A stretch of 64,000 bases of DNA from Candidatus Uhrbacteria bacterium RIFCSPLOWO2_01_FULL_47_17 (GCA_001791305.1 MGEI01000005.1:340208-404207), one strand, 5' to 3'. Numbered from the stretch's first letter, positions 36,514 through 45,941 are shown. Program-made: numbers and translations. The notes: a model not told the origin generated them from the sequence alone.

Positions 36514-37773
36514 ATGGCAAAGCCCAAGGCGCCCGTCGCCCCCGAAGTCGCTGTTTCCGGCGAAATCCCCGCTCCCGCAAGTGCGAAGTGGACCGACAAG
36601 GTCAAGGCGTTCGCCGAGACCTGCGAACTCGAAGCAGCGGATGTCGAAGCGAAGTTCGTCGGTCTCGTCGGAAAAGCGTCCGACAAGGCCGCGGATCGTC
36701 TCGGTAACGAGAAGTTGTCGCCCTACGAAGATCTGAGCGCGCTGTTCCCCGATGTCCCGAAGGCTGTGCTGCGTGAAGCAGTGAACGGTCTGCGTGACAT
36801 CCAGGTGACGGCGGCTCCGGTTGCAACCCATGAGGGTGCCAGTGATGGTGCGGAAGAAGCTCCGTTCGTTTCTCTGCTCCCCACGGTTCCTGACGATACC
36901 AATCTGCTCGCCTCCCTCGGAACGTTCCAGGGTGCGCAGATCGATCCGATCGACGTGATTGCGGCCATGCGCGTGAAGCTCATGCAGCAGTTGTCTCTTT
37001 CGGACATCGAGTCGCGTATCGCCGACGCCATCGAAGAGCGTGCGGTCAACGCGGGCGAACAGTGCCCGCCGATCTGGGATGAAATCGAGATGCAACGCAA
37101 GCGGTTTGCGCATGCGGAAGTCCTGAAGGCGCTCGGCAAGCCGGGCGATCTCATCTCGGCAGCTCGCAAGAAAGAATTGCTCGCTCGCGTGAGCGACATC
37201 TTCGAACGTGTGCATGACTACAAGCTCGTGCTCGACGCCTACCGTGAAGAGTACGATCGTCGTACCAACAATCCTGCGCACATGATGACAGCGATCACGC
37301 AAGCGCTCGGTCGTGCGAGCTCGGGTCGTGGTCGGCGTTTGAGCGAAGCTCCGAGCCCCAACAACGTGGTGGCGGCAACGGAAGCACTCATCCAGTCTTT
37401 CAACGCGATGTTTGCTGGTAATGGCCGCGCGGTTGCGCGTGGCATGGCTGCAGACGCGATCGCGACGAAGGCCATCCTCGATCGTACGGATTTGCCCGCC
37501 GCGCTCGGTGCGGCGAGTCGAGTTCAGATGATCAAGGATCTCAAGCTCGGTGTCGAATCGGATCTCATCAATGCCGAGAAGGACATCCAGCAGTTCATTT
37601 TGGGCGCGATGCAGCTCCTGCAGGTTCCGACGAACCAGTTGCCGGACTACATCGTTGACCTGAGCGAACTCGGCTGCGTCATCCCGTGGCCTCGCCTCGG
37701 TGTTCGCGGTACGGTTCCCGGCAACGGCGCCGCTCGTCCGCTTCCCGGCGCTGGCAATCGCTCTTTCGGCTAG
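36514..37773 (+). CDS. Hypothetical acidic Ala-rich protein (about 419 aa), island gene 2
   Basis: SD gctaggag before MAKPKAP. Confidence 0.5.
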   Translation: MAKPKAPVAPEVAVSGEIPAPASAKWTDKVKAFAETCELEAADVEAKFVGLVGKASDKAADRLGNEKLSPYEDLSALFPDVPKAVLREAVNGLRDIQVTAAPVATHEGASDGAEEAPFVSLLPTVPDDTNLLASLGTFQGAQIDPIDVIAAMRVKLMQQLSLSDIESRIADAIEERAVNAGEQCPPIWDEIEMQRKRFAHAEVLKALGKPGDLISAARKKELLARVSDIFERVHDYKLVLDAYREEYDRRTNNPAHMMTAITQALGRASSGRGRRLSEAPSPNNVVAATEALIQSFNAMFAGNGRAVARGMAADAIATKAILDRTDLPAALGAASRVQMIKDLKLGVESDLINAEKDIQQFILGAMQLLQVPTNQLPDYIVDLSELGCVIPWPRLGVRGTVPGNGAARPLPGAGNRSFG

Positions 37774-37824
37774 TCCGAACTTTCCGTCTCAGAACGTCCC
37801 AAAAAGACGTTCTTTTTTATTACT

Positions 37825-37870
37825 TGACAGTTTGTAAGTATGTGTATAATCTACACTATGTAAGACAGAT
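37825..37870 (+). promoter_or_regulatory. Strong sigma70-type promoter, copy B (TTGACA, 17 nt, TGTGTATAAT)
   Basis: ttgacagtttgtaagtatgtgtataatctacactatgtaagacag. Confidence 0.5.
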
Positions 37871-37951
37871 CGCTCAGGAATCATTGACTCCTGACGCATT
37901 TTGTCTTACTGTTCGCCCTCGTTCTTTCAAAACGAGAAGGAGATCCTGAAC

Positions 37952-39571
37952 ATGCAAACGTTGCCGGATATTCGTACGCTTCCACTTCCGTCCAAGTTCA
38001 CCACGGCGCTTCTCAAACTCGCGATTCGCACGCTTGAAATGGCCGAATCGAACGAGACGGGGAATCTCCTCGTCGCTGCTCGACTCTGCACTGCGACGGT
38101 TGGATCACGTACAACCTTTGGTCAGCTCTCGATTCCGTCCATCTCGGACTGGAACAATGCGATCATGATTGAAGGGATTGCGGCTCCTAGTGTTCGCATT
38201 CACGAACTTGTGGATCTTTTGAAGATGATCGATCCGACAACGCCTGTGTGCGATGCATGCGGCGAATTCGCGATCAATCAGATCGGCGGAAAGTTCATGT
38301 CGCTCGCACCGAGCGAAGTCTGTCCGTTCTGTCTCACGGGACATGTGCACATCGTGCCGATGATTCTGCGCACCGTGAACTGGGTAACCGGTGAACTGGT
38401 CGCGCCGAACATTGAGTACGATTCGCGCTCGCATGTCGGTGTCGGCATTCCACTGACCGACGAAGCGATCATGGATTGGGCGAAAGAGATTCATCCATCA
38501 CTCACGAAATCTCTTGAGAAGTACGGCGTGTCGATTCACGGATTTCTTGCATATGCTTTTTTGTATGCGCATGCATTTTCTTCGATCGAAGAAGCACCCG
38601 AGTTCCTCGCGCACGCGCCGTTTCATAGCACAGTGAATGCAACAGACCTTGCTGTAAAAGCAGCTTGGTTCATGGATGATCGCGAGATCACGAATCTTCC
38701 GCACAAGAAGTTTCTCTCCGACGGTCGTCGTCGCGATGAGTTTCAACCTGTCGTGATTGGCGGTCGATTGTATTTGATTGATCGACACATCGGCACGGGT
38801 GATAAGAGCGATGTGTTTCTTGCACGCACCGATGATGAAACGCCCGAGCGTCTCGTGCTCAAGCGTTTGCGTGAAACGGCCGACGGCGATTTGCACGATC
38901 ATGAAATTGACGTGCTGAATCGATTGGCGAAAAGTGTTGTGCGCGGTTCCGTGCACTTCAGTCAGTTCGTTCCGCAAATCGCGTTTTCGCAGAACAGCAA
39001 AACGGAAAAGCCGGTGATCGCCTTTCGTGAACGTGGAACATTCCATTTCACGGTTGCGGACGTTATGCGTGAATATCCAGAAGGAGCGGATTTCAAAACC
39101 GCGGTCTGGATTTGGAAGCGCATGCTCATGATTCTTGATTGGGTGCACGCGAACCGTTTGGTTCACGGCGCAATCCTTCCGGATCATATCTTGCTCGACG
39201 TGCCGAATCACAACGCACGACTCTTGGATTGGGGATACGCCGAATTGTTTGGTGGATCTCTTAAAGCCTTCAGTGAATCAAATCGTGCATTCTATCCCGC
39301 AGAAGTTTTGGGTGGTTCGCCACTTGATCCACGTCTGGACATTGCGATGATGACACGATGTGTCATCGCCCTTCTTGGCGGAGATCCCGTCCGGAAAATC
39401 CTTCCTTCTTCTGTGCCGGATGCGTTCCGTGTGTGGATGTTGGAAGAAGCAGGATACGACTCGTTGCGGACGGTCTGCGACAATGCGTATGCACTGCACG
39501 AGCGTGTGAGTGCGACGGCCAAACAAGTGTATGGTCCGCCGTCATTTCACGCGCTTTCCATGCCGCGCTAA
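37952..39571 (+). CDS. Protein-kinase-like fold protein with an N-terminal zinc ribbon (about 539 aa), atypical catalytic loop, island gene 3
   Basis: Zinc ribbon CDACGEF...CPFC. Kinase-like elements are LVLKRL (beta3 Lys), HEIDVLNRL (alphaC Glu), VHGAILPDHILLD in place of HRDLKPENILL, and LLDWGYAE in place of DFG. SD gaaggag. Confidence 0.55.
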   Translation: MQTLPDIRTLPLPSKFTTALLKLAIRTLEMAESNETGNLLVAARLCTATVGSRTTFGQLSIPSISDWNNAIMIEGIAAPSVRIHELVDLLKMIDPTTPVCDACGEFAINQIGGKFMSLAPSEVCPFCLTGHVHIVPMILRTVNWVTGELVAPNIEYDSRSHVGVGIPLTDEAIMDWAKEIHPSLTKSLEKYGVSIHGFLAYAFLYAHAFSSIEEAPEFLAHAPFHSTVNATDLAVKAAWFMDDREITNLPHKKFLSDGRRRDEFQPVVIGGRLYLIDRHIGTGDKSDVFLARTDDETPERLVLKRLRETADGDLHDHEIDVLNRLAKSVVRGSVHFSQFVPQIAFSQNSKTEKPVIAFRERGTFHFTVADVMREYPEGADFKTAVWIWKRMLMILDWVHANRLVHGAILPDHILLDVPNHNARLLDWGYAELFGGSLKAFSESNRAFYPAEVLGGSPLDPRLDIAMMTRCVIALLGGDPVRKILPSSVPDAFRVWMLEEAGYDSLRTVCDNAYALHERVSATAKQVYGPPSFHALSMPR

Positions 39572-39594
39572 CAGCGGCGATTCAGGAGTTCCCC

Positions 39595-40557
39595 ATGGGG
39601 TACGGTCGTAGTGATCACGACGCGCATGTGGCGCGTTCGGCAGTTCGGGCATCTCTTCCGCGTGAAGAGGTGTTCAAGCAACGTGTCCTCAATCCGGAAA
39701 TGGATCCGCGCGGACTCACGGTTCGCGAAAGTCGCGACAGTGCGGAACATCCGAACTCGCTCGGCGTCATGTTCTGGATCGATGAGACGGGTTCCATGTG
39801 CGAAATTCCGGAAAACCTCGCGAAGCACACACTCCCGCATTTCGTTGGCGACCTCATGAAGGTCGAGCCGGATGCGCAAGTGTTCTTCGGAGCGATCGGC
39901 GACGCAACGACGGGTGAAGCGTCTCCGCTTCAAGTGGGCCAGTTCGAAAGTTCGGACGAACTCATGGACAAGTGGCTGACCGCGGTTCACCTCGTCCGTG
40001 GCGGTGGTGGCAACGCGGGTGAGAGTTACGATCTCGCCATGTACGTCGCCGCGCGCCATACGGCCATGGACTGCTTCGAGAAGCGTGGTCGCAAGGGCTA
40101 CTTCTTCTTGTGCGGTGACGAACCGCATCTCGGCAGCGTGAAGAAGCGCGAGATCAAGCAGTTGATCGGCACGGACATCCCGAAGGATATCCCGATTGTG
40201 GAGATTGTTCGGGAACTGAAGCGCACGTTCCATCCGTTCTTCTTGATTCCGGATCCGGATCGGGCGCACCGTGTGGAGCGCATCTGGCGCGAGTTGTTTG
40301 GCGACAACGTCATCACGCTCGCGGTGCCGGAAGATACTGGTGTCGTCTCCGCGATTCTCATCGGTCTCACCGAAGGGCATCTTGCGGACATGCAGTCGGT
40401 GAAGGCCAAGCTTGAAAGCGACTTCGGCCGCAAAGGTCAGGAACGCGATCGCGTCTTGCGCGCAGTCGAAGCCTATGCGGTTTCGATCGGTCGTGCGGGA
40501 CAAGGCGAACGTCCGTCGAGCACAAACTCGCGTCCGTACGGCAACTCGCGTCCGTAA
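39595..40557 (+). CDS. Cytoplasmic vWA-domain protein (TerY-like), island gene 4
   Basis: MIDAS motif WIDETGSM, RGGGGNAGESYDLA and FLCGDEPH. SD aggag. Confidence 0.6.
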   Translation: MGYGRSDHDAHVARSAVRASLPREEVFKQRVLNPEMDPRGLTVRESRDSAEHPNSLGVMFWIDETGSMCEIPENLAKHTLPHFVGDLMKVEPDAQVFFGAIGDATTGEASPLQVGQFESSDELMDKWLTAVHLVRGGGGNAGESYDLAMYVAARHTAMDCFEKRGRKGYFFLCGDEPHLGSVKKREIKQLIGTDIPKDIPIVEIVRELKRTFHPFFLIPDPDRAHRVERIWRELFGDNVITLAVPEDTGVVSAILIGLTEGHLADMQSVKAKLESDFGRKGQERDRVLRAVEAYAVSIGRAGQGERPSSTNSRPYGNSRP

Positions 40558-40649
40558 GTTCTTTCCATCTTGAGGTTCAACGCGAACCTCTTTTTTTACA
40601 AGCAATGATCAACAGGATGATTGCTGGTAGAAAAACAAACGGAGGTTTC

Positions 40650-42035
40650 ATGAATCAACATGCTCACATTGTCATCGACCTTGGATTCGGTGATTGTGGA
40701 AAAGGCACGATCGTTGATGCACTCGTGCGTAAACACAAAGCCCATTCCGTGTTTCGTTTCAATGGTGGTGCGCAAGCCGCACACAATGTTGTGACGTCGG
40801 ACGGAAGGCATCACACATTTCAACAGTTTGGTTCTGGAACATTTGTTCCGGGCGTACGAACGATTCTTTCTGAATTCATGCTCGTACAGCCATGGATCTT
40901 GTCTTCAGAAGAAGCACTGCTTCAGCAAGTTGGTGTGACTGATGCGTTTGATCGACTGTTCATTCATGAGCGCGCACTCATTACGACTCCTTTTCATCGT
41001 GCGGCAAACCAAATGCGCGAACGCGCTCGAGGGGACGGTCGCCACGGGAGTTGTGGAATAGGCGTTGGTGAAACAGCGAAGGATGCGACGGAGTGCGGAG
41101 AAGAGTTGATTCTTCGTATGGGCGACCTTTGCGATCGCGAAACGTTTGTGACGAAAATGCATCGTGTACGCAAGTACAAGCATAATCAAATGCGTTTGTT
41201 CATTGCGGCGCAACGTCGTGATCCAGATGCGGAAGCAAATATTCTTGCATTCGAGGATCCGGATGAAGTGATGTACTGGGTTGATCAACTCTACACATCG
41301 ATCGAACGATTTCATATTGTTGACGACGCGTTTGTTGCATCGATCTTGGAAGAAGATGGTCACGTTGTTTTCGAAGGCGCACAAGGCGTGCTCATCGACG
41401 AATGGCGCGGATTCCATCCGTACACCACATGGTCCACATGCACATTCAAAAACGCGCTCGAACTGCTCGAGCGCGCAAATTATGCAGGTGAAGTTCATCG
41501 GATCGGGGTTGTACGTGCGTACGCAACGCGGCATGGCGCGGGACCGTTTCCAACGGAAGATGCAGGACTCACGGAACGCATTCCAGACACGCACAACCAA
41601 ATGGAAACATGGCAACGCGAATTTCGCGTTGGCCACTTCGATTGTGTCTCCACGCGTTACGCGATCAATGCCTGTGGCGGCATCGACTCGCTTGCGATCA
41701 CGTGTCTCGATCGCTTGCGCGATGAACATGTATGGAATGTCTGCACGCATTACGAGCTCGCGGCGGAAGATCAAGATTCCGCGTTGTTCGACCAAGACGA
41801 TGTTTCGGAACATCTCGTGACGGACATAAGACTCGGAACCTTTCAAGATCTCGCACATCAAGAGCGACTCACGAACGCACTTCTTCGCGCAAAGCCTGTG
41901 TTGCGCATTACGGCATCATCCGGCACGTTCAGCGAAAGTGTCGAAGATCACGTCCATCGAATCTCGCGCGAACTCGACGTTCCGGTCTCGATCCTCTCAT
42001 TTGGTCCCACGGCCGAAGACAAGAAATTTCTCTGA
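40650..42035 (+). CDS. Adenylosuccinate synthetase family paralogue (PurA/PurZ-like) with substituted catalytic motifs, island gene 5
   Basis: Shows collinear similarity to PurA (VIDLGFGDCGKGTIVD, FEGAQGVLIDEWRGFHPYTTWS, VRAYATRHGAGPFPTE, LAITCLDRL). GDEGKGK becomes GDCGKGT, GGHNAGHT becomes GGAQAAHN, GTTGRGIGP becomes GSCGIGVGE, and TTGRRRR becomes TWQREFR. Confidence 0.65.
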   Translation: MNQHAHIVIDLGFGDCGKGTIVDALVRKHKAHSVFRFNGGAQAAHNVVTSDGRHHTFQQFGSGTFVPGVRTILSEFMLVQPWILSSEEALLQQVGVTDAFDRLFIHERALITTPFHRAANQMRERARGDGRHGSCGIGVGETAKDATECGEELILRMGDLCDRETFVTKMHRVRKYKHNQMRLFIAAQRRDPDAEANILAFEDPDEVMYWVDQLYTSIERFHIVDDAFVASILEEDGHVVFEGAQGVLIDEWRGFHPYTTWSTCTFKNALELLERANYAGEVHRIGVVRAYATRHGAGPFPTEDAGLTERIPDTHNQMETWQREFRVGHFDCVSTRYAINACGGIDSLAITCLDRLRDEHVWNVCTHYELAAEDQDSALFDQDDVSEHLVTDIRLGTFQDLAHQERLTNALLRAKPVLRITASSGTFSESVEDHVHRISRELDVPVSILSFGPTAEDKKFL

Positions 42036-42159
42036 TGCGATTCACTTCGCATCTTTTTTGTTTCCTAACCTTGACATAAGCGAGTTCATTTGATAGGCTT
42101 TCGCTCGTTGTGTACAGATGGTCTGCACGCAATTTGTTCCTCAAACACAAAGGAAAGCC

Positions 42160-43080
42160 ATGTCGAAGAAGATCGGTGCAGAACTCGCGGCGGCCATTTT
42201 GGCCATGTTCAAGGATCCCTCCAAGCTCGCGGTTGAGCTCAAGGTTCACATCTTTCCGTGTCCGCACGGCGATGAAAAATCCCATTCGCATTTCAAGGTG
42301 ACGTCCCCGTTCGTTGGGGAAAACGCGCCCAGTCCGAAGCTCGAAAGTGATCTGATGATCCAAGCGTCCATGCAGCCTTTCACGCCCGTCAACGGCAATT
42401 ACATCTTCCGTCAGAGTCTGCTCGAGGGCACCAAGTGCACGAATGCGGAAGGGGCGGATGAGGCAACGGTCGAGTTCTTGCTCCAAAACGGCGTGACCAA
42501 GGCCCTGTTCGATCTGAGTTGTTTCCTGAACGAAGCGCTCGCCGAGTGGCCGACCGAAGTTGTGACTGAGCACGCGCTCGCACGTGCGTATTCGGAAAAC
42601 CTGCGCCGCAAGGTCTGGCATGGCAGTGATACGAATCCGATCGATGTCGAGGTGATCGGTGCGGTGGAAGATGCCCATCAGGCAACTCTCATCAAGCTCA
42701 ACTCCGTACTCTCCGGCCTGTTCGGTCGCCCTCCGCGGCCGCCACAGAATGACAAGATCGTTCTCGTTGCGTTCAGTGACAACAATCCGTGTGCACCCGT
42801 GGTCCGCAAGGTCTATGCTGCGTACGCAACCGAGATCCTGAACACGAAGATCGAACCCGAGATCGCTCCCAAGATCGTGGAGCGCGTGCAGCTCGCTCTC
42901 GACACGCTCGCAACGCGCCTCGCAAAGCAGCAGGCTCCGAAGACGGAAGCAATCACCAACGCTCCGACAGCAACGTCCGGCGCGGTCGAGGGTGACTCGA
43001 CCAAGAACAACAGTTCGTCGATCGGCGAAACCTCGGAAGACACCGAAGGCCACAGTTCCTCGATCGGCGCCACGGCGTAG
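42160..43080 (+). CDS. Hypothetical protein with a low-complexity Ser-rich C-terminus (about 306 aa), island gene 6
   Basis: SD aaaggaaag before the MSKKIGAE start. An upstream TTGACA...TAGGCT promoter-like site lies at about 42061-42095. Confidence 0.5.
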   Translation: MSKKIGAELAAAILAMFKDPSKLAVELKVHIFPCPHGDEKSHSHFKVTSPFVGENAPSPKLESDLMIQASMQPFTPVNGNYIFRQSLLEGTKCTNAEGADEATVEFLLQNGVTKALFDLSCFLNEALAEWPTEVVTEHALARAYSENLRRKVWHGSDTNPIDVEVIGAVEDAHQATLIKLNSVLSGLFGRPPRPPQNDKIVLVAFSDNNPCAPVVRKVYAAYATEILNTKIEPEIAPKIVERVQLALDTLATRLAKQQAPKTEAITNAPTATSGAVEGDSTKNNSSSIGETSEDTEGHSSSIGATA

Positions 43081-43254
43081 GTCGATCCAGTCTCACACTC
43101 TCCCTCGCGAGAGTGTTTTTTTATTTTGTTCGACAAAATAATCCCTCGAAGCCTTCTGCTTACTGGAGGATATTATCGAAGATGACGGCGAAGTGGGATG
43201 TGTTATGTAAAGATTTCGTCGTATACAAAATAAAAAGAGGATCAAGATTGATCC

Positions 43255-43809
43255 TCAAGCCGCGATCGCTTCCGGAATGAGACCGATCGCCATGCGTCCG
43301 GCCTGATGTTGCGCGAGTGTGTCCTGCATAGCCTTCTCTCCGGCCATGATGGAAAACGCGTGTTCGTGGAATTCCTCTTGGGGAAGAATGCGGCCGAAGA
43401 CGGCGCGCACGTCTGCGGGGGCGGACGTGTCTGCGACGATCGCGCGAATGCGCTCGAGGCGCATGTGCTCCGCGTGCGCCGCAACCGCCGCGCCCGTCTC
43501 GAACGACTCGATGCCACCGAGCGTCTTGTCCCAGTAGCGTTCTTCTTTGGCGAGAACTTCCGGCGTGATGCCTCGCGCGGTCAGCAGTTCGCCAACCCAC
43601 GCAGCGTGCGTGCGCTCTTGGTCTGCAATCGTGAGCAGTACGCGCTCTGCACGGCTGTCTTGCTGCACATACCGTTTTGCGAATGCTTCGATCCGCTCAG
43701 CTGCGGTGACTTCGCCATGATACTGCTTCATGAGCCAGTCCGTGAACCGCGCCTCGTCGATCTTGATTGCGTTCCACCACGCACTCGAACTTCGTTCAAG
43801 GTTACGCAT
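43255..43809 (-). CDS. Ferritin-like diiron-carboxylate protein (about 184 aa)
   Basis: Start MRNLERS after AAGGAG. Repeated ExxH motifs (QERTHAAW, AHAEHMRLE, EEFHEHAF). Confidence 0.5.
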   Translation of the reverse strand: MRNLERSSSAWWNAIKIDEARFTDWLMKQYHGEVTAAERIEAFAKRYVQQDSRAERVLLTIADQERTHAAWVGELLTARGITPEVLAKEERYWDKTLGGIESFETGAAVAAHAEHMRLERIRAIVADTSAPADVRAVFGRILPQEEFHEHAFSIMAGEKAMQDTLAQHQAGRMAIGLIPEAIAA

Positions 43810-43964
43810 GACACACTCCTTGGGTTGTGATTCTCTCTCTCCCTGGTGACAGACTAACGCGCAGAGCGGAATGTGTGAATACGTGTTTATAATCGTTATT
43901 GACAACGCCTGCTTTTCTTCTAAAATAAGCGTATCGTGTTTTTCAAATTCATTTTAAAACCTTT

Positions 43965-44732
43965 ATGAAAAATCCCGAATCATTTTTGCAAAGTCTCGGA
44001 CTCACCCAGACAGAATCCACGGTGTATCTCGCAGGACTTTCACACAACGGAACAAACGCGCAGGCGCTCGCAAAACAAACGGGCATCAAACGCCCGACCG
44101 TTTATTATGCGCTTGAGACGCTTATGCAAAAAGGATTGGTAACAAAAAAGGGCGTGGGGAATCGCCGTGTGTATTCCATGACGTCGCCCGAGAATCTGAA
44201 GACATTTGTGGATGCGCAGATTTCGGAAATGCAAACCAAAAAACAATCCCTCGACGGATTTGTCGAAACACTTTTGAAACAACAGGGTGTGGTCACGCCA
44301 ACATCGAGTGTCTCGCACTATGAGGGGATCGAAGGCGTGAAGCTTGTTGTCGAAGAAGCGCTGTACTGCAAGTCGCGTCACTGGGATATTCTCGCACCAA
44401 AGAAAAATTTCTTTTCCGAGTTTGATGCCGAATACGCAAAGTACTACCTCGATGCACGCAAGCGTCGACGTATCACATCACGTTCGCTTTGGGAGAAAGT
44501 AGGAGGGAAGTCGTCTGTGTCTCGTGAAGTGATCGCCGAGCGCCAGCCAAGATACTTGCCAGAGGTGATGTCTGGTCGATTTCAGTCTGTGATGATTCTG
44601 TTTGACGATAGGGTTCTGTTTATCTCGTCGTACAAGTCATTGTCCGCGATTCTCATCCAGTCCGACGAAATGCATCAGTTTCTCCTCGCGATGTTCGATG
44701 GTTTGTGGGCGGGGGCGGAGAAGATTGGATAA
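43965..44732 (+). CDS. TrmB-family transcriptional regulator
   Basis: wHTH TVYLAGLSHNGTNAQALAKQTGIKRPTVYYALETLMQKGLV; paralogous to the 28626 gene. Confidence 0.55.
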   Translation: MKNPESFLQSLGLTQTESTVYLAGLSHNGTNAQALAKQTGIKRPTVYYALETLMQKGLVTKKGVGNRRVYSMTSPENLKTFVDAQISEMQTKKQSLDGFVETLLKQQGVVTPTSSVSHYEGIEGVKLVVEEALYCKSRHWDILAPKKNFFSEFDAEYAKYYLDARKRRRITSRSLWEKVGGKSSVSREVIAERQPRYLPEVMSGRFQSVMILFDDRVLFISSYKSLSAILIQSDEMHQFLLAMFDGLWAGAEKIG

Positions 44733-44833
44733 ACCTTTGATTTTTCTTAAAAGATCGATCTTGACGTTTCGAAGGAAATTGCTTATTATACCGCCACTGA
44801 AACAGGCGCTTATTCGCCCATTTCTGCGGCTAC

Positions 44834-44908
44834 GGCCCCATCGTCTAATGGTTAGGACATCAGGTTTTCATCCTGGTAACAGGGGTTCAATTCCCCTTGG
44901 GGTCACCA
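44834..44908 (+). tRNA. tRNA-Glu (anticodon UUC), CCA encoded
   Basis: Cloverleaf: acceptor GGCCCCA/TGGGGTC, D arm GTCT-AATGGTTA-GGAC, anticodon stem-loop TCAGG-TTTTCAT-CCTGG, T arm AGGGG-TTCAATT-CCCCT, and 3' ACCA. Confidence 0.85.
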
Positions 44909-45036
44909 CAAAACTTCCAAAAACAAAAAGAATTTTGCACAAACAAAAATACGTATCCGAGTGACTTTTTCGCTACCGGTCACAGAAGATGCGTATTTTT
45001 GTTTGGTTTTGAGCGTCATGTTAAACTATCCCCACT

Positions 45037-45939
45037 ATGAAACACCAAACACACGTCTCGTTTATTGGGGCAGGGGAGATCGGTTCGGCTTTGGTGACAC
45101 TTGTTTCACGATCCGACGCACATATTGAACAGTGGGATGTTGACGCATCGAAAGTCCCGAAGCAAAAGCCTCTTGAGGACGTCGTGTCCTCAGCCGACAT
45201 CCTTTTTTTCTGCGTGCCGTCTTGGATTTTGCGGGTCGCGGTAAAACCAATCATTCCACACCTCAAAAAGAAAACGATTTGCGTGTTTGTTTCAAAGGGA
45301 ATCGAAGCAAAGACGAAATTGTGCATCGACGGCCTCGCAAAAGACATTTTGCCAAAAGGTCAGCCGATTGTGTTACTATCTGGACCCATGCTTGCAGAGG
45401 AGCTGATCGACGGACATGGAGGCGCGGCGTGTGTGGGAACAAAATCGCTTGCCGATTTTAAGCGCATCGACGCAATTTTTTCTGAACAAGATTTGCACCT
45501 GACATTTGCATCAGACGTAAAGAGTGTTGCGATCGCCGGCGTGCTCAAAAACGTGTACGCGATTGCGTTTGGAATCGCGGCCGGTCTTGAGTGGGGCGAT
45601 AACCGAAAAGGTTGGCTCATTGCGCAATCGGTTCAAGAAATGATTACGATCATGGTCGCGCTGAAGGCTGACCCATCATACGCGCTGAGCCTTGCCGGAC
45701 TCGGAGATTTTATGGCGACCGGAATGAGCAAACACTCATCGAATCATTCCGTTGGTCGCGCGCTTGCAACGTCATCAACCTGTGACATAAAAAGCGAAGG
45801 GTGCGAAACGCTTCCATCGCTCGTAAAAATGCTCGGGGCAAAAACGGTGAAGACGCTGCCAATCATTCAGGCGCTTCGAGCCGTTCTCGAAAATCACGCA
45901 AACACAAAAGATACGTTTGAAGAATTATTTCACTGTTAA
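45037..45939 (+). CDS. gpsA: NAD(P)H-dependent glycerol-3-phosphate dehydrogenase
   Basis: IGAGEIGSAL Rossmann motif, VSKGIE, LSGPMLAEEL, KNVYAIAFGIAAG, LAGLGDFMATG. Confidence 0.75.
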   Translation: MKHQTHVSFIGAGEIGSALVTLVSRSDAHIEQWDVDASKVPKQKPLEDVVSSADILFFCVPSWILRVAVKPIIPHLKKKTICVFVSKGIEAKTKLCIDGLAKDILPKGQPIVLLSGPMLAEELIDGHGGAACVGTKSLADFKRIDAIFSEQDLHLTFASDVKSVAIAGVLKNVYAIAFGIAAGLEWGDNRKGWLIAQSVQEMITIMVALKADPSYALSLAGLGDFMATGMSKHSSNHSVGRALATSSTCDIKSEGCETLPSLVKMLGAKTVKTLPIIQALRAVLENHANTKDTFEELFHC

Positions 45940-45941
45940 GT

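Noticed and set aside
36496-37302. 268-aa minus-strand ORF, plus several 70-160-aa ORFs on both strands in 36.6-37.5 kb
   Set aside because: These are antisense or out-of-frame overlaps of island gene 2 in high-GC sequence. The plus-strand gene has a strong promoter and Shine-Dalgarno sequence.
39568-43053. Long minus-strand ORFs 39568-40605, 40905-41861 and 41929-43053
   Set aside because: They are antisense to the vWA, PurA-like and Ser-rich genes respectively. The sense genes have clear domain signatures and Shine-Dalgarno sequences.
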